Numbered from the stretch's first letter, positions 7,682 to 16,826 are shown. The stretch: 64,000 nucleotides of DNA from Candidatus Woesearchaeota archaeon (GCA_964514585.1 CAZETU010000001.1:98850-162849), one strand, 5' to 3'. The notes: generated by a model not told the origin, from the letters alone. Made by a program: numbers and translations.

Positions 7682-8500
7682 ATGGAAAAAGAAGAATTTC
7701 TAAAAAAACTAGAGGTAGAATTGAAAATTTCAAAGAACTCAAATTACACCGTTCGTAACTACGTCCAAGCAAACCAAACCCTAATCAATTCCTCAAACAA
7801 ATCCCCAGACGAACTAACAACCGACGACGTCAAACTCTACATGTCCGAAAACCTAACCGACCGCGCCGCAACCTCAATCATCCTCTTCCTAGCCGCAATC
7901 AAATATGCCCACTCTAACATCCTAAACCAAGACATCACCGCCTCAATCAAACGTCCCAAAAAAGAAAAACGCCTCCCAATAACATTATCAAAAGAAGAAG
8001 TAAAAAAACTCCTAGACAACCTCCACACCCAAAAATCAAAACTAATGATCAGCCTAATGTACGCCTGCGGATTCCGAGTCTCCGAGCTAGTCAATCTAAA
8101 AATACAAAACCTAAACTTCCAAGAAAAAATCGGCCACATCCGCCAAGCCAAAGGAAACAAAGACAGAATCTTCAATATCCCAGACTTCCTAATAGACGAC
8201 CTCCAAGACCACATCAAAAAACAAGGAAACGAAGAATTCGTCTTTACAGGAAAATCAAAAAACCTCTCAACCAGAAACCTCCAAAAAATCGTTTCATCCG
8301 CCGCCAAAAGAGCAGGTCTCCAAAACATCCACTGTCACACCCTCCGCCACTCATTCGCAACCCACCTCCTAGAAGACGGCGTCGACATCAGAAAAATCCA
8401 AGAACTCCTAGGCCACGCCGATCTCTCAACAACCCAAATCTACACCCACGTCTCCACTGAAGAACTCAAAAAAATCAAAAGTCCAATAGATTCACTCTAA
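7682..8500 (+). CDS. xerA: tyrosine recombinase, XerA/XerC/XerD type
   Basis: GFRVSELVNL, GKG-like AKGNKDR, HTLRHSFATHLLEDGVDIRKIQELLGHADLSTTQIYTHV (R, H-x-x-R, H, catalytic Y). Start moved to the ATG at 7682. Confidence 0.85.
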   Translation: MEKEEFLKKLEVELKISKNSNYTVRNYVQANQTLINSSNKSPDELTTDDVKLYMSENLTDRAATSIILFLAAIKYAHSNILNQDITASIKRPKKEKRLPITLSKEEVKKLLDNLHTQKSKLMISLMYACGFRVSELVNLKIQNLNFQEKIGHIRQAKGNKDRIFNIPDFLIDDLQDHIKKQGNEEFVFTGKSKNLSTRNLQKIVSSAAKRAGLQNIHCHTLRHSFATHLLEDGVDIRKIQELLGHADLSTTQIYTHVSTEELKKIKSPIDSL

Positions 8501-8512
8501 ATAATTAACTTA

Positions 8513-8944
8513 TTATTTTTTATGTAACATATATATCCAAATTATAAAAATAAAAAATAAAATTCCAGTAAAATAAAAAATAGATTTTAAATTTCTAGTT
8601 GCAGATAAAAATATGGGCGCGTTATAATAAATAGATCGAATGCGCTCATCTTCAATTAACTCTAAAAATATTTTTTTATTTACTTTCGCAGAAAACTTAC
8701 TTTTTGAAATATTTCTAGTCACAATATCAACAACATTTTTCTCAAGCAATTCCAAAATCAAATTATCATGGTCAGTCTCATTATTAAGATAAATTATTAA
8801 ATTAACACGTTTGTTAAAAATTCCATATTCATCCAAGACTCTCTTTTCGTAAATTACTCCAACATCACTTACAAATAAATTGGCGCTGACAAAATTTATC
8901 ATCAACCCAAAAATTAAAATTAAAATTAAAATATTGATTTTCAT
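8513..8944 (-). CDS. hypothetical membrane-anchored protein
   Basis: 143-aa ORF with an N-terminal signal/anchor (ILILILIFGLMINFVSA) and a C-terminal TM. Confidence 0.5.
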   Translation of the reverse strand: MKINILILILIFGLMINFVSANLFVSDVGVIYEKRVLDEYGIFNKRVNLIIYLNNETDHDNLILELLEKNVVDIVTRNISKSKFSAKVNKKIFLELIEDERIRSIYYNAPIFLSATRNLKSIFYFTGILFFIFIIWIYMLHKK

Positions 8945-9091
8945 GCATATCTAAAACATAATAGAAATTAATACTTATCTATTTCCTTCTCCATGAGAAG
9001 ACGTGCGCGTTGAAAACGCCACGGCTTATTATGGAAGTAACCTAGCCCAACCCCAAAAATCAAAACGGCGCAATTCACTTGCGCAGGCTTT

Positions 9092-9150
9092 GGAATCTAA
9101 TCCTTTGCAGAGGATTCCCTAACGATTTTTTCACCAGAAAAAATGTTAAC
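9092..9150. repeat. two-hairpin module, copy 1 (GGAATC..GATTCC, then TTTTTTC-ACCA-GAAAAAA, TGTTAA)
   Basis: Similar to 27433-27490 and 28168-28216. It abuts the stop codon of 9150-10904. On the minus strand it presents a T6 run. Confidence 0.8.
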
Positions 9151-10904
9151 TACCTTACCTCCCGCTTCACAATCCTCTGATAAATCTTATCCTGAAACTT
9201 CTTCGGCAACTTCTTGTAAATATCATTTATCTTCGCGTGCAACCTAACCGCGTCCTCTTTTCTGAATTCATCCTTCGCCTTCTCATACTCCTTAACCAAA
9301 TTCATAACATCCCTCTTATTTATCACCAACCGCACCCGACCAATCTCCTTATAAAAATACGGCTTACACTTCTCAGGCAAAACCTTGTAAATCTCACCCA
9401 TCTTATGATAATTATCCCGCGCCGCCTCAACATTATTCTCCCGAACAAACATCTTACTCTGACTAATCAAATCCAAAATCCGAACAACATTAGGCTCCTT
9501 CTTCCAAGTCTCCATCTTCACCTTCCCAAAAATAAAAAACCCGACATACCCCAAGAATAAAAATCCAACCAAAAAGAAAAACGAGAAGAAACTAAGCCCC
9601 TCGCCAACCCCAATAAAAAACCCAGTCATCATATTACCATCTCCACCTTCATCCTTAAATAAAATACTTTCGGTCGCCTCAATATTCGTCAATTTAAAAT
9701 CATCCTCAAAATAATAAACAATATTATCCCCATCCAAGTCCCCAGTATTCAACTCCCAAATCCCCTCGCCAAGATCCTCACCTTCAGAAACAAAAACAAC
9801 ATCCCCAGAAATACCCTCAGGAATCACCTCCAAAATAATCCCATCAAAATTCAAATCATCAAAGTCCATATTCTTACTAACCAAAACAATATCCTTAGTA
9901 CTATCCAAATATTCAATACTCAACTTCAAAGCCTCGACATTCATCCTCAAATTATTCTGCAACTCCTCATTAAAATCAACCAACCCATAAAGCGCGCTCT
10001 TCTTAATACTAAGCCCCTTAGCCGCCATATAATCCGAAATCACTTCCTCAAGCGAAACACCAAGGCTACTCTTCGAATACTCATAACTGTCCTCAACACT
10101 AATCCCCAAAACAATATCATCCTTCATCACATCAATCTCATCATAAATCTCCCCAATCCTAACAGTCCTCTTTCCCTCCTCCATAAACTTCAAATTAAAC
10201 TTCAAATCCTGATCCATCTGCACCAACTGCTTCTTATAAAAATTCATATTCTCGCCCAACCCAAGAATCTCCAAAGCCCGTTGTTCATCGGCTCCCAAAT
10301 TATCCATATCTTCCAAAAAATCATTAATACCATCAATCAAATCCTGCACCAAATCTTCCTTATCATAACTATCGGGCTTATCAGTAGCCCTCAACACAAC
10401 ATTTTCCTCTCCATCAGTCTCAACCTCAAACCCATTAAAATCCTCACCTTCATTCCCAGCCGCATCATAACAATTAACCTGCCAAATATAATAACCATCA
10501 TCAAAGTCAACCAAAAGAAGATTCTCTTCCCCATTATTATTAAGATTATCCTCAAAAGCCAAATTCTTATTAGAACTACCAAGAGGGAAAAGCAACTCCT
10601 TTTGAGCATAAGACCCACCAGAACTCTTGGTCGCATTATACAACTCAAAACTACAATTCACAACATCAACATCATCATCAAACTCATACTCAAACTCAAT
10701 AGTCGAATTATCAACAACCTCATCCCAAGCAGGATAAATCAAATCAACATCAGGACTCTCATCGTCACCATCATCATCCACAACAGTCAGTTTACCAAAA
10801 TAAATATCAGAATAAGGTTTACTATTGATCATAATGCCCCTTAACCACACATCATGAGTTCCCTCATTAAATATCAGACGATAATGATGGGGTTGATGAA
10901 ACAT
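9150..10904 (-). CDS. large acidic membrane protein; the N-terminus looks truncated (no signal peptide)
   Basis: 584-aa ORF with a single central TM (FFIGVGEGLSFFSFFFLVGFLFLGYVGFFIF) and a basic helical C-terminal tail. The ATG is immediately preceded by an in-frame stop. Confidence 0.55.
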   Translation of the reverse strand: MFHQPHHYRLIFNEGTHDVWLRGIMINSKPYSDIYFGKLTVVDDDGDDESPDVDLIYPAWDEVVDNSTIEFEYEFDDDVDVVNCSFELYNATKSSGGSYAQKELLFPLGSSNKNLAFEDNLNNNGEENLLLVDFDDGYYIWQVNCYDAAGNEGEDFNGFEVETDGEENVVLRATDKPDSYDKEDLVQDLIDGINDFLEDMDNLGADEQRALEILGLGENMNFYKKQLVQMDQDLKFNLKFMEEGKRTVRIGEIYDEIDVMKDDIVLGISVEDSYEYSKSSLGVSLEEVISDYMAAKGLSIKKSALYGLVDFNEELQNNLRMNVEALKLSIEYLDSTKDIVLVSKNMDFDDLNFDGIILEVIPEGISGDVVFVSEGEDLGEGIWELNTGDLDGDNIVYYFEDDFKLTNIEATESILFKDEGGDGNMMTGFFIGVGEGLSFFSFFFLVGFLFLGYVGFFIFGKVKMETWKKEPNVVRILDLISQSKMFVRENNVEAARDNYHKMGEIYKVLPEKCKPYFYKEIGRVRLVINKRDVMNLVKEYEKAKDEFRKEDAVRLHAKINDIYKKLPKKFQDKIYQRIVKREVR

Positions 10905-11224
10905 TTACACTAGATGGTTCTCATGAAGCAGGTGAAAGTTACGTCCACGATATGTTTTATACAAACAACTTACAATTTACAACAGGTGAGTGCTTAAGTA
11001 CGACAATTTTCGATAGCACAGGAAGCGCTGGAGAAGACAATTTCGAAGAAGTTCTTTTATATGAGCCAGTAAGTGAATCGGTAATATTTGCAGCAATACT
11101 AGATGAGGCAGATACTTCAGGTTTCGATAGCAGGTTTCACGATTTCGAGATGCTTGTTTTAGAAGACGGTCACGGAACAAATATAGCAACTACTACCTAC
11201 TACTTTTACGTAGAGCTAGAGTAA
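10871..11224 (+). pseudogene. 5'-truncated paralog of 11274-12014 (C-terminal domain only)
   Basis: Frame open from 10871. FEEVLLYEPVSESVIFAAILDEADTSGFDSRFHDFEMLVLEDGHGTNIATTTYYFYVELE aligns with FEEAILYDSTGSDLIFATILEEDEDGFDENDYDFQMIVPENGNETFTGATAYYLYVELS. It lacks the signal peptide and about 140 N-terminal residues. Confidence 0.55.
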
Positions 11225-11273
11225 TTTTATTTTTTTATTTTTTTATTTTTTGAAAGAGAAAGCACAAAAAAAG

Positions 11274-12014
11274 ATGGAAACAAAAAACCAAAACCAAAAA
11301 CTAGAAGAAAGACTAATAGTCTTTACATTACTTCTTCTATGTCTAACATTATCTTCTATCTTTGTTATGGCAACACCAACAGGACCATCATCCATTAATA
11401 TTACAGCCAACGAAACTGGAACAACGACTGCTGCCGAAATGGTTAATATTTCCGGAGGATATATCTCAACGATAAACATTACCGCATCAACGCAAAATCC
11501 TCATTGGAAAGCCTTTGTTGGTTGGATCGATGGAAAATTTACTTTAGATGATTCAAGCGGATCAACCATTTACGATTGGACTTTAAGTACTGTAAGTGGC
11601 GAGGTTTATGCAACAAGAGAATCAACCGCAGTTGAATGGACTACGGTCAATTGTGCAAACGAAACTCACATAACAACAGAAGATACAGCACTTGAGCATA
11701 CAGGAGAAGATGATATCAATGCAACATTCTCAGGAAACAACAGTAATACTTTTGTAGTCGCAGGAACAACGATAGCAGCCCAAAATTGTTCCGCAATTAA
11801 TACATATGTAGACAATGAATCACAAACGTCAACATTTGAAGAAGCAATATTATATGATTCTACAGGCTCAGATTTAATTTTCGCAACAATTTTAGAAGAA
11901 GATGAAGACGGATTCGATGAAAATGATTATGATTTTCAAATGATTGTTCCAGAAAACGGAAATGAAACATTTACTGGGGCAACAGCATATTACCTATATG
12001 TAGAATTAAGCTAA
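11274..12014 (+). CDS. secreted, sequon-rich surface protein
   Basis: ATG at 11274 (the track start at 11250 is TTG). Signal/anchor LIVFTLLLLCLTLSSIFVMA. Many N-x-T/S sites. Confidence 0.6.
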   Translation: METKNQNQKLEERLIVFTLLLLCLTLSSIFVMATPTGPSSINITANETGTTTAAEMVNISGGYISTINITASTQNPHWKAFVGWIDGKFTLDDSSGSTIYDWTLSTVSGEVYATRESTAVEWTTVNCANETHITTEDTALEHTGEDDINATFSGNNSNTFVVAGTTIAAQNCSAINTYVDNESQTSTFEEAILYDSTGSDLIFATILEEDEDGFDENDYDFQMIVPENGNETFTGATAYYLYVELS

Positions 12015-12020
12015 TGAAAG

Positions 12021-13010
12021 ATGACAAAAAAAAATGAAGTAGTAATTGGTATTGGATTAATTTTCTTAGAAGTTTCACTTCTTTTCGCACTATTTTCCTT
12101 TATACCATCAAATGTAATCGCAGGAATTGGGAACCCAAATACAACAGTAATTACACTATTAGAGATAGGAAACGTTTATCCCGATGTTATATATGTAGAT
12201 ATTGACGGCGGAGCAGCCTCCGTAACATTAACTCCAAATGACACAACAACCGTCACTTGCACAGGGGTCGTAAGAGACTATAATGGAGACGCAGATGTAA
12301 CGTCGGCCAATGCAACATTATATGGGTTAACAAGTTCATCTTTCGGCGATTCAAATGATAATAATTATCATTATCAAAACACATCATGCGAACTAATAGC
12401 AGATACAGGGGATTATGCAGGATTTACAGACGATCCTTACCACTCTCTAGCCAATTGTACATTTGAAGTGGAATACTACGCAAACCCAGAAACATGGGTG
12501 TGTAATATAACAGCCAATGATACAATGTATTGGACAGATACTAACGAAAGCACAATAATAATTTCCCAATTATTAGCACTAGGTTTACCAGATACAATAA
12601 ACTATGGAAGAGTAAACGCAACATTTGTATCGAATGAGAATGTCACAAATATCACAAATTATGGAAATGTAGAAATCAATATATCTTTAGAAGGTTATGG
12701 CGTAACCCAAGGAGACGGTCTCGCAATGAATTGCACTTTGGGAAATATTGGGACAATAGATATTATGTACGAAAAATACAATTTATCAACAACAACAGCA
12801 GGAGACATATCTCTTTCAGTATTTGAATCAACTTATACAAATTTATCAACAACTCCAGAAATAAAAGAATTTAACTTAAACTACAGAACAAACGATACGG
12901 TAAACAAAGCGATAAACGCATCATACTGGAGAATTTATGTTCCAATAGGCGTCGCAGGAACATGTAACGGTTCGATTATATTCGGCGCAACAACAGCAGC
13001 CGGAAGTTAG
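12021..13010 (+). CDS. secreted, sequon-rich, Cys-containing surface protein
   Basis: 329-aa ORF with an N-terminal TM and more than 15 N-x-S/T sequons. Confidence 0.6.
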   Translation: MTKKNEVVIGIGLIFLEVSLLFALFSFIPSNVIAGIGNPNTTVITLLEIGNVYPDVIYVDIDGGAASVTLTPNDTTTVTCTGVVRDYNGDADVTSANATLYGLTSSSFGDSNDNNYHYQNTSCELIADTGDYAGFTDDPYHSLANCTFEVEYYANPETWVCNITANDTMYWTDTNESTIIISQLLALGLPDTINYGRVNATFVSNENVTNITNYGNVEINISLEGYGVTQGDGLAMNCTLGNIGTIDIMYEKYNLSTTTAGDISLSVFESTYTNLSTTPEIKEFNLNYRTNDTVNKAINASYWRIYVPIGVAGTCNGSIIFGATTAAGS

Positions 13011-13022
13011 TATTATTTAAAA

Positions 13023-13940
13023 TTATTTTTTAAAATGCATTCTTTTAGATAATGTGCCCTTGTCTCCAAACACATTATAAATTTTAGTTAATTCAGTACT
13101 ATGGGCTATTGTCGCAGCTTCTCCTTCTAATGGAGACAACCCCCTTGGGGAGCATGTAGCTCTTAAGTCAATCATTTCACGATTATAAACCGCCTTAGCC
13201 ACATCTCGCTCCTTTCCTCTTAGGTAGTTAGCAAATCTTCTTCTAAGTCTGATTGGCATAGAAGTTCTATTCCGATAATCACCATCTGCAAAATAAGTAT
13301 TATCACAAAAACCCATAACATGTACATGATCAACCGGCGAAAATTCTCCCCCATCTCTTCCAAAATGCAACTTAAATAAAACTTCCCTCCCCCTCCATCT
13401 AATTGAACATAACTTAGAGTGATTCTTCTCATTTATAACATATGCATCATTCAGTCGATCAGAATTCCACCTATGCCATAATCTATAATGAGGACATCCT
13501 GTGGTATCTCCCATCGGGAAAGGTCCCCTGCACACAATTTTGTCCTCCATACCATTATCTCCACTAAGGGCACAAGCCCCAAGTATTTCATGCGGATCTT
13601 CTACATTAGGAGAAACATAAGACAGCCTAATATATTCACAGGTAAGAGGATATTCTAAACCATTATCATTTACACCCCTATCTAAATCCCCCCTCGGCCT
13701 TGAAGCCTGTTTTCGTATATGCTCATAAAGAAGTCGTTCACCAAGCGGCTTCCCCTTCATTCTTATTTGATGAGGAGAATTATTATCTGCATTCATCATA
13801 AGTAAACCAAACAAATCCAGTCTTCTTCTTCTGTTCTCATCACGAATTTTCTTCTTTCTCGCACGCGTTGCACGTTTTCTAAAATTAGGCCCACCTCTTC
13901 GTTTTTTAAGATTGGATCCACCTCTCATCTCCAAAAACAT
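13023..13940 (-). CDS. hypothetical protein with a strongly arginine/lysine-rich N-terminal arm
   Basis: 305-aa ORF. N-terminus RGGSNLKKRRGGPNFRKRATRARKKKIRDENRRRR. Rich in Arg, His, Cys and Trp, unlike neighbouring proteins. Confidence 0.5.
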   Translation of the reverse strand: MFLEMRGGSNLKKRRGGPNFRKRATRARKKKIRDENRRRRLDLFGLLMMNADNNSPHQIRMKGKPLGERLLYEHIRKQASRPRGDLDRGVNDNGLEYPLTCEYIRLSYVSPNVEDPHEILGACALSGDNGMEDKIVCRGPFPMGDTTGCPHYRLWHRWNSDRLNDAYVINEKNHSKLCSIRWRGREVLFKLHFGRDGGEFSPVDHVHVMGFCDNTYFADGDYRNRTSMPIRLRRRFANYLRGKERDVAKAVYNREMIDLRATCSPRGLSPLEGEAATIAHSTELTKIYNVFGDKGTLSKRMHFKK

Positions 13941-13987
13941 CCAAATCTCTATTTAAGTATTTATATCCCAAAAAGCATAATATTATC

Positions 13988-14425
13988 CTAGATACTTCCT
14001 TGCTCTTTCAAAAACTTATAAATCTCCAATCCCTCTTTCCCTCGAATCTCAATAACAAACTCTTTCTCGCCAGCCTCGCAAGAATCCAATTCCTCAAGCT
14101 CACGAGTCTCCTGATTAATCCCCCTAATCCTCTTAACATGACAAGTCGCCTCACAATAAACCGACTCATCCAAAATATCCTCAAAAGTTTCCCTCACAAA
14201 AACAGGCACACTCTCCATCTCAATCAAATTATTAGCATGCAGCAAATCCCTACACTCCTGCGTCGACTCACACGGAATAAAAGCATCTTCACCCTCGCCA
14301 ACACAAACTCTAATCGTCTTAAAAACATAAAAATTATAAAAATAAATCGCAGCACCGACGGCCAAAATTACCAAAACTAAAAGTACAATCCCAATAATCA
14401 ACAACACGCCACCTTTTTTATTCAT
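13988..14425 (-). CDS. membrane-anchored Cys-rich protein
   Basis: ATG at 14425 (MNKKGGVLLIIGIVLLVLVILAVGAAIYFY). The ectodomain has six Cys. Confidence 0.5.
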   Translation of the reverse strand: MNKKGGVLLIIGIVLLVLVILAVGAAIYFYNFYVFKTIRVCVGEGEDAFIPCESTQECRDLLHANNLIEMESVPVFVRETFEDILDESVYCEATCHVKRIRGINQETRELEELDSCEAGEKEFVIEIRGKEGLEIYKFLKEQGSI

Positions 14426-14463
14426 ATAACCAAAAACAATCAAGCCTTTTTAATTTTTACCTA

Positions 14464-14721
14464 TCATCTAAAAGAAATTCTCACATTCGCGTAAGGATTA
14501 ACCCTTACATCTTCTCCGTTTCTCTTTGTAGTCTCATGCACTCCTCTCAAATAAGCCCTGCAATTTTTCTCCCAGTCCCTTCTCGGCAATCCTGAAACTA
14601 TTGCCCCAAGACCATGCTCATATAATCTAACAGTCAAGTCTATTATATCTAACTCTTGACCCTTCACCCTTTTGCCTTTTCTCCATCTATGAATTCGAGT
14701 AACATAATTTTTTTTAGCCAT
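14464..14721 (-). CDS. small basic hypothetical protein
   Basis: ATG at 14721 (MAKKNYVTRIHRWRKGKRVKG...). The track start at 14730 is GTG. Confidence 0.4.
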   Translation of the reverse strand: MAKKNYVTRIHRWRKGKRVKGQELDIIDLTVRLYEHGLGAIVSGLPRRDWEKNCRAYLRGVHETTKRNGEDVRVNPYANVRISFR

Positions 14722-14843
14722 CGAATACACAAGTCAATTCTTTTTTTAAGTTAGTATATACTAGAACATATCTTTCCCACCACAACCATCTGTTATCACT
14801 CAAAATCAACTAATTTTATAAGCCACACCTCCCTCTAATTATT

Positions 14844-15377
14844 ATGGTCTGTAAAAAATGCGGCTACCAAGAAAAAAAAGAAGTAAAATTTTTCGGAAGT
14901 CCTCTTTGTAAAATCTGCGCAACGTTCGCCCCAGATAAAATTCAAGATTTTCAAAACTACATCTCAGAAAAAATAGATTGGAAAACTCTAGACACATTCA
15001 GAAAATATGGCAAAACTTCAACAATAAAACAAAAATCAGGAATGACTAAAAAAGCAACCACGGGAGAAATCGTAACCCGTCCCCCATTAGGATACACCGT
15101 CCACGACGGAAAACTCATCCAAAACGAAGACGCCGCAAGAGTCCACTCCCTCTTCAAAACTTTTTTAGCAAGAAACTACTCACTGAATTCCCTATCCAAA
15201 AATTTCTCACTTTCTGTCAACGGTCTAAAAAAAGTCTTAACAAACAGAACATACCTAGGCGAAATAAAATTCGACGGCCAAATCCACAAAGGTCACCACC
15301 AAGCCCTAATCTCTCCAGAAATATTCTACGCAACACAAAGAAAATTGAAAGATTATTTGAGACCAAGAAAAAAATAA
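14844..15377 (+). CDS. zinc-ribbon protein carrying a serine-recombinase-type Recombinase domain but no resolvase catalytic domain
   Basis: N-terminal CKKCGY...CKIC. RPPLGYTVHDGKLIQNEDAARVHSLFKTFLARNYSLNSLSKNF...LKKVLTNRTYLGEIKFDG...HQALISPEIF matches the Recombinase (PF07508-like) pattern. No S-R catalytic motif lies upstream. Confidence 0.6.
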   Translation: MVCKKCGYQEKKEVKFFGSPLCKICATFAPDKIQDFQNYISEKIDWKTLDTFRKYGKTSTIKQKSGMTKKATTGEIVTRPPLGYTVHDGKLIQNEDAARVHSLFKTFLARNYSLNSLSKNFSLSVNGLKKVLTNRTYLGEIKFDGQIHKGHHQALISPEIFYATQRKLKDYLRPRKK

Positions 15378-15779
15378 TTAACGGAAACTAGTCTGTCTCA
15401 TTGCCCGAGCCTTAGAATCCCCAGGCTTACAAGCTTCCTTCCTTCGAGTATCAGCAATCAACAAATTCCTATCATATGCCAAGAAAGCAGCCCTTAAATT
15501 ATCATCCTTAGTAAACTTAACAATAGCTTTAGCAATCGCCAAACGACCAGCCTCAACCTGAGAAGCAATCCCGCCGCCCTTAACATTCAAAGCAATATCA
15601 AATTTCAACTCACCTAAAACATCCTTAGCAATAACCAACGGCTCACTAATTTCCAACTGCTGCAAATTCGACAAAAACGTCAACGGCTTCTTATTATAAG
15701 TCACAACTCCACTACCCTCAGCTATCGTAGCCTTAGCAACCGCACTCTTTCTCTTCCCCGAAACAACTAAGCGATTCAT
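15378..15779 (-). CDS. rps9: 30S ribosomal protein S9 (uS9)
   Basis: GKRKSAVAKA..., GGGIASQVEAGRLAIAKA..., C-terminal DTRRKEACKPGDSKARAMRQTSFR. Confidence 0.9.
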   Translation of the reverse strand: MNRLVVSGKRKSAVAKATIAEGSGVVTYNKKPLTFLSNLQQLEISEPLVIAKDVLGELKFDIALNVKGGGIASQVEAGRLAIAKAIVKFTKDDNLRAAFLAYDRNLLIADTRRKEACKPGDSKARAMRQTSFR

Positions 15780-16189
15780 TTCAATATCCCCACGATTTCT
15801 TTAATTGTTGAATACTTCATCGGCTTTTGATGCTTAAAAGTTTTAACGCCCTTCAATTCATCTTCCTTCAATCCACCATTTCCAATATAACATTTCAATC
15901 TCTTAAACGCCTCACGTCCCTTAGCCCTGTCCCGAGGCAACATCCCCCGAATCATTCTCTTAACTAACCTATCAGCAACTCGAATATATTTAGGACCCTT
16001 CATCGAACCCCCACTACCCATTTCTCTCTTAGCCAAAACCTTTTTCGCGAACAACTTTTTATCCCCAGAAACAATTATAGCCTCACAATTAACGACATCA
16101 ACAGAATTTCCCTTCAATAAATCCTTCGCAACAACTGTAGCCATTCTTCCAAAAACCGCATCAGTACCGTCATAAACTATCTTACTCAT
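15776..16189 (-). CDS. rpl13: 50S ribosomal protein L13 (uL13)
   Basis: Archaeal L13 pattern (VFGRMATVVAKDLLKG...VVNCEAIIVSG..., RMIRGMLPRDRAKGREAFKRLKCY), supported by operon context. Confidence 0.9.
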   Translation of the reverse strand: MSKIVYDGTDAVFGRMATVVAKDLLKGNSVDVVNCEAIIVSGDKKLFAKKVLAKREMGSGGSMKGPKYIRVADRLVKRMIRGMLPRDRAKGREAFKRLKCYIGNGGLKEDELKGVKTFKHQKPMKYSTIKEIVGILK

Positions 16190-16443
16190 TTTGCTTTAAC
16201 CTCACTTAACTTATTTATAACATCCAATAAGCTCGACTCTGAAAGAGGAGGATTAAGTGGAAGCCATCTCGCCCTACTACGGGTTTCTTCAGATTTATTT
16301 ATTTCTTTACACCTTCTTGAATATCTTTCACCCTCTCTTTTATTATTATCACTAACTACAAAAAAATCTACTCTCCCATTCTCGCCATCATATACCATCA
16401 TATCATACTTTCTTTCTCCAGCTGGCACATTATCTTCTCCCAT
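16186..16443 (-). CDS. orphan 85-aa ORF wedged between rpl18e and rpl13
   Basis: The start overlaps the rpl18e stop (TAATG). The stop overlaps the rpl13 start (ATGA). I recognised no motif. Confidence 0.45.
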   Translation of the reverse strand: MGEDNVPAGERKYDMMVYDGENGRVDFFVVSDNNKREGERYSRRCKEINKSEETRSRARWLPLNPPLSESSLLDVINKLSEVKAK

Positions 16444-16817
16444 TATCTCAAAATATCAAAGCCATTTAATTCGGGATTTTTCTTCATCTCTTCGTCAATT
16501 GTAACAAAGGTAGCCTTAGCATCCTTCATTTTTTCAAGAGCTCTTCCAGATGCCGACCAAGCAACGACCTTCTTCGCTCCACTTAATTCTCCAGCACTCA
16601 AAACTTTCCCAGCAACCAAAACATCCCCCTTAATCATATCAATATCCTTCAAATTAACAGCAGGCCATCGTCTCTTCGGACGAGCCAATTCCTTAGCAAC
16701 AACCGGATTCGTCTTCTTCAACTTAATTATAGTCTCAACTAAAGAAGCATCCATTTTGTGCTTCATCCTTTTCTCTATTTTCGTTTTGTTTATCTTTATT
16801 TCCATTTTCTTTATCAT
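16443..16817 (-). CDS. rpl18e: 50S ribosomal protein L18e
   Basis: SLVETIIKLKKTNPVVAKELARPKRRWPAVNLKDI...VAGKVLSAGEL. The start is placed at the ATG at 16817 (or 16805). The longer track ORF runs through a degenerate tRNA copy. Confidence 0.8.
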   Translation of the reverse strand: MIKKMEIKINKTKIEKRMKHKMDASLVETIIKLKKTNPVVAKELARPKRRWPAVNLKDIDMIKGDVLVAGKVLSAGELSGAKKVVAWSASGRALEKMKDAKATFVTIDEEMKKNPELNGFDILR

Positions 16818-16826
16818 TCCCAACTT

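Noticed and set aside
7510-7758. ORF 7510-7758 (TTG start) running into xerA
   Set aside because: It lies in the G-depleted non-coding tract, has a low-complexity P/K/T-rich translation, and overlaps the xerA start. It is most likely a compositional artefact.
10281-10844. Long antisense or alternative-frame ORFs inside confidently called genes (for example 10281-10844, 7837-8328, 456-680, 1026-1241, 17965-18423, 20443-20841, 25408-25815, 57618-58088)
   Set aside because: They lie entirely within better-supported genes on the opposite strand or in another frame. Their translations are low-complexity, which is typical of shadow ORFs in compositionally skewed DNA.
13023-13940. HUH rolling-circle Rep reading of the arginine-rich protein (HVHVMGF as motif II, LFKLHF as motif I, ANYLRGK as motif III)
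   Set aside because: Motif I to II spacing is about 13 residues, far shorter than in known Rep families. Motif I lacks the usual Thr and motif III is not Y-x-x-K. The resemblance is too weak to claim.
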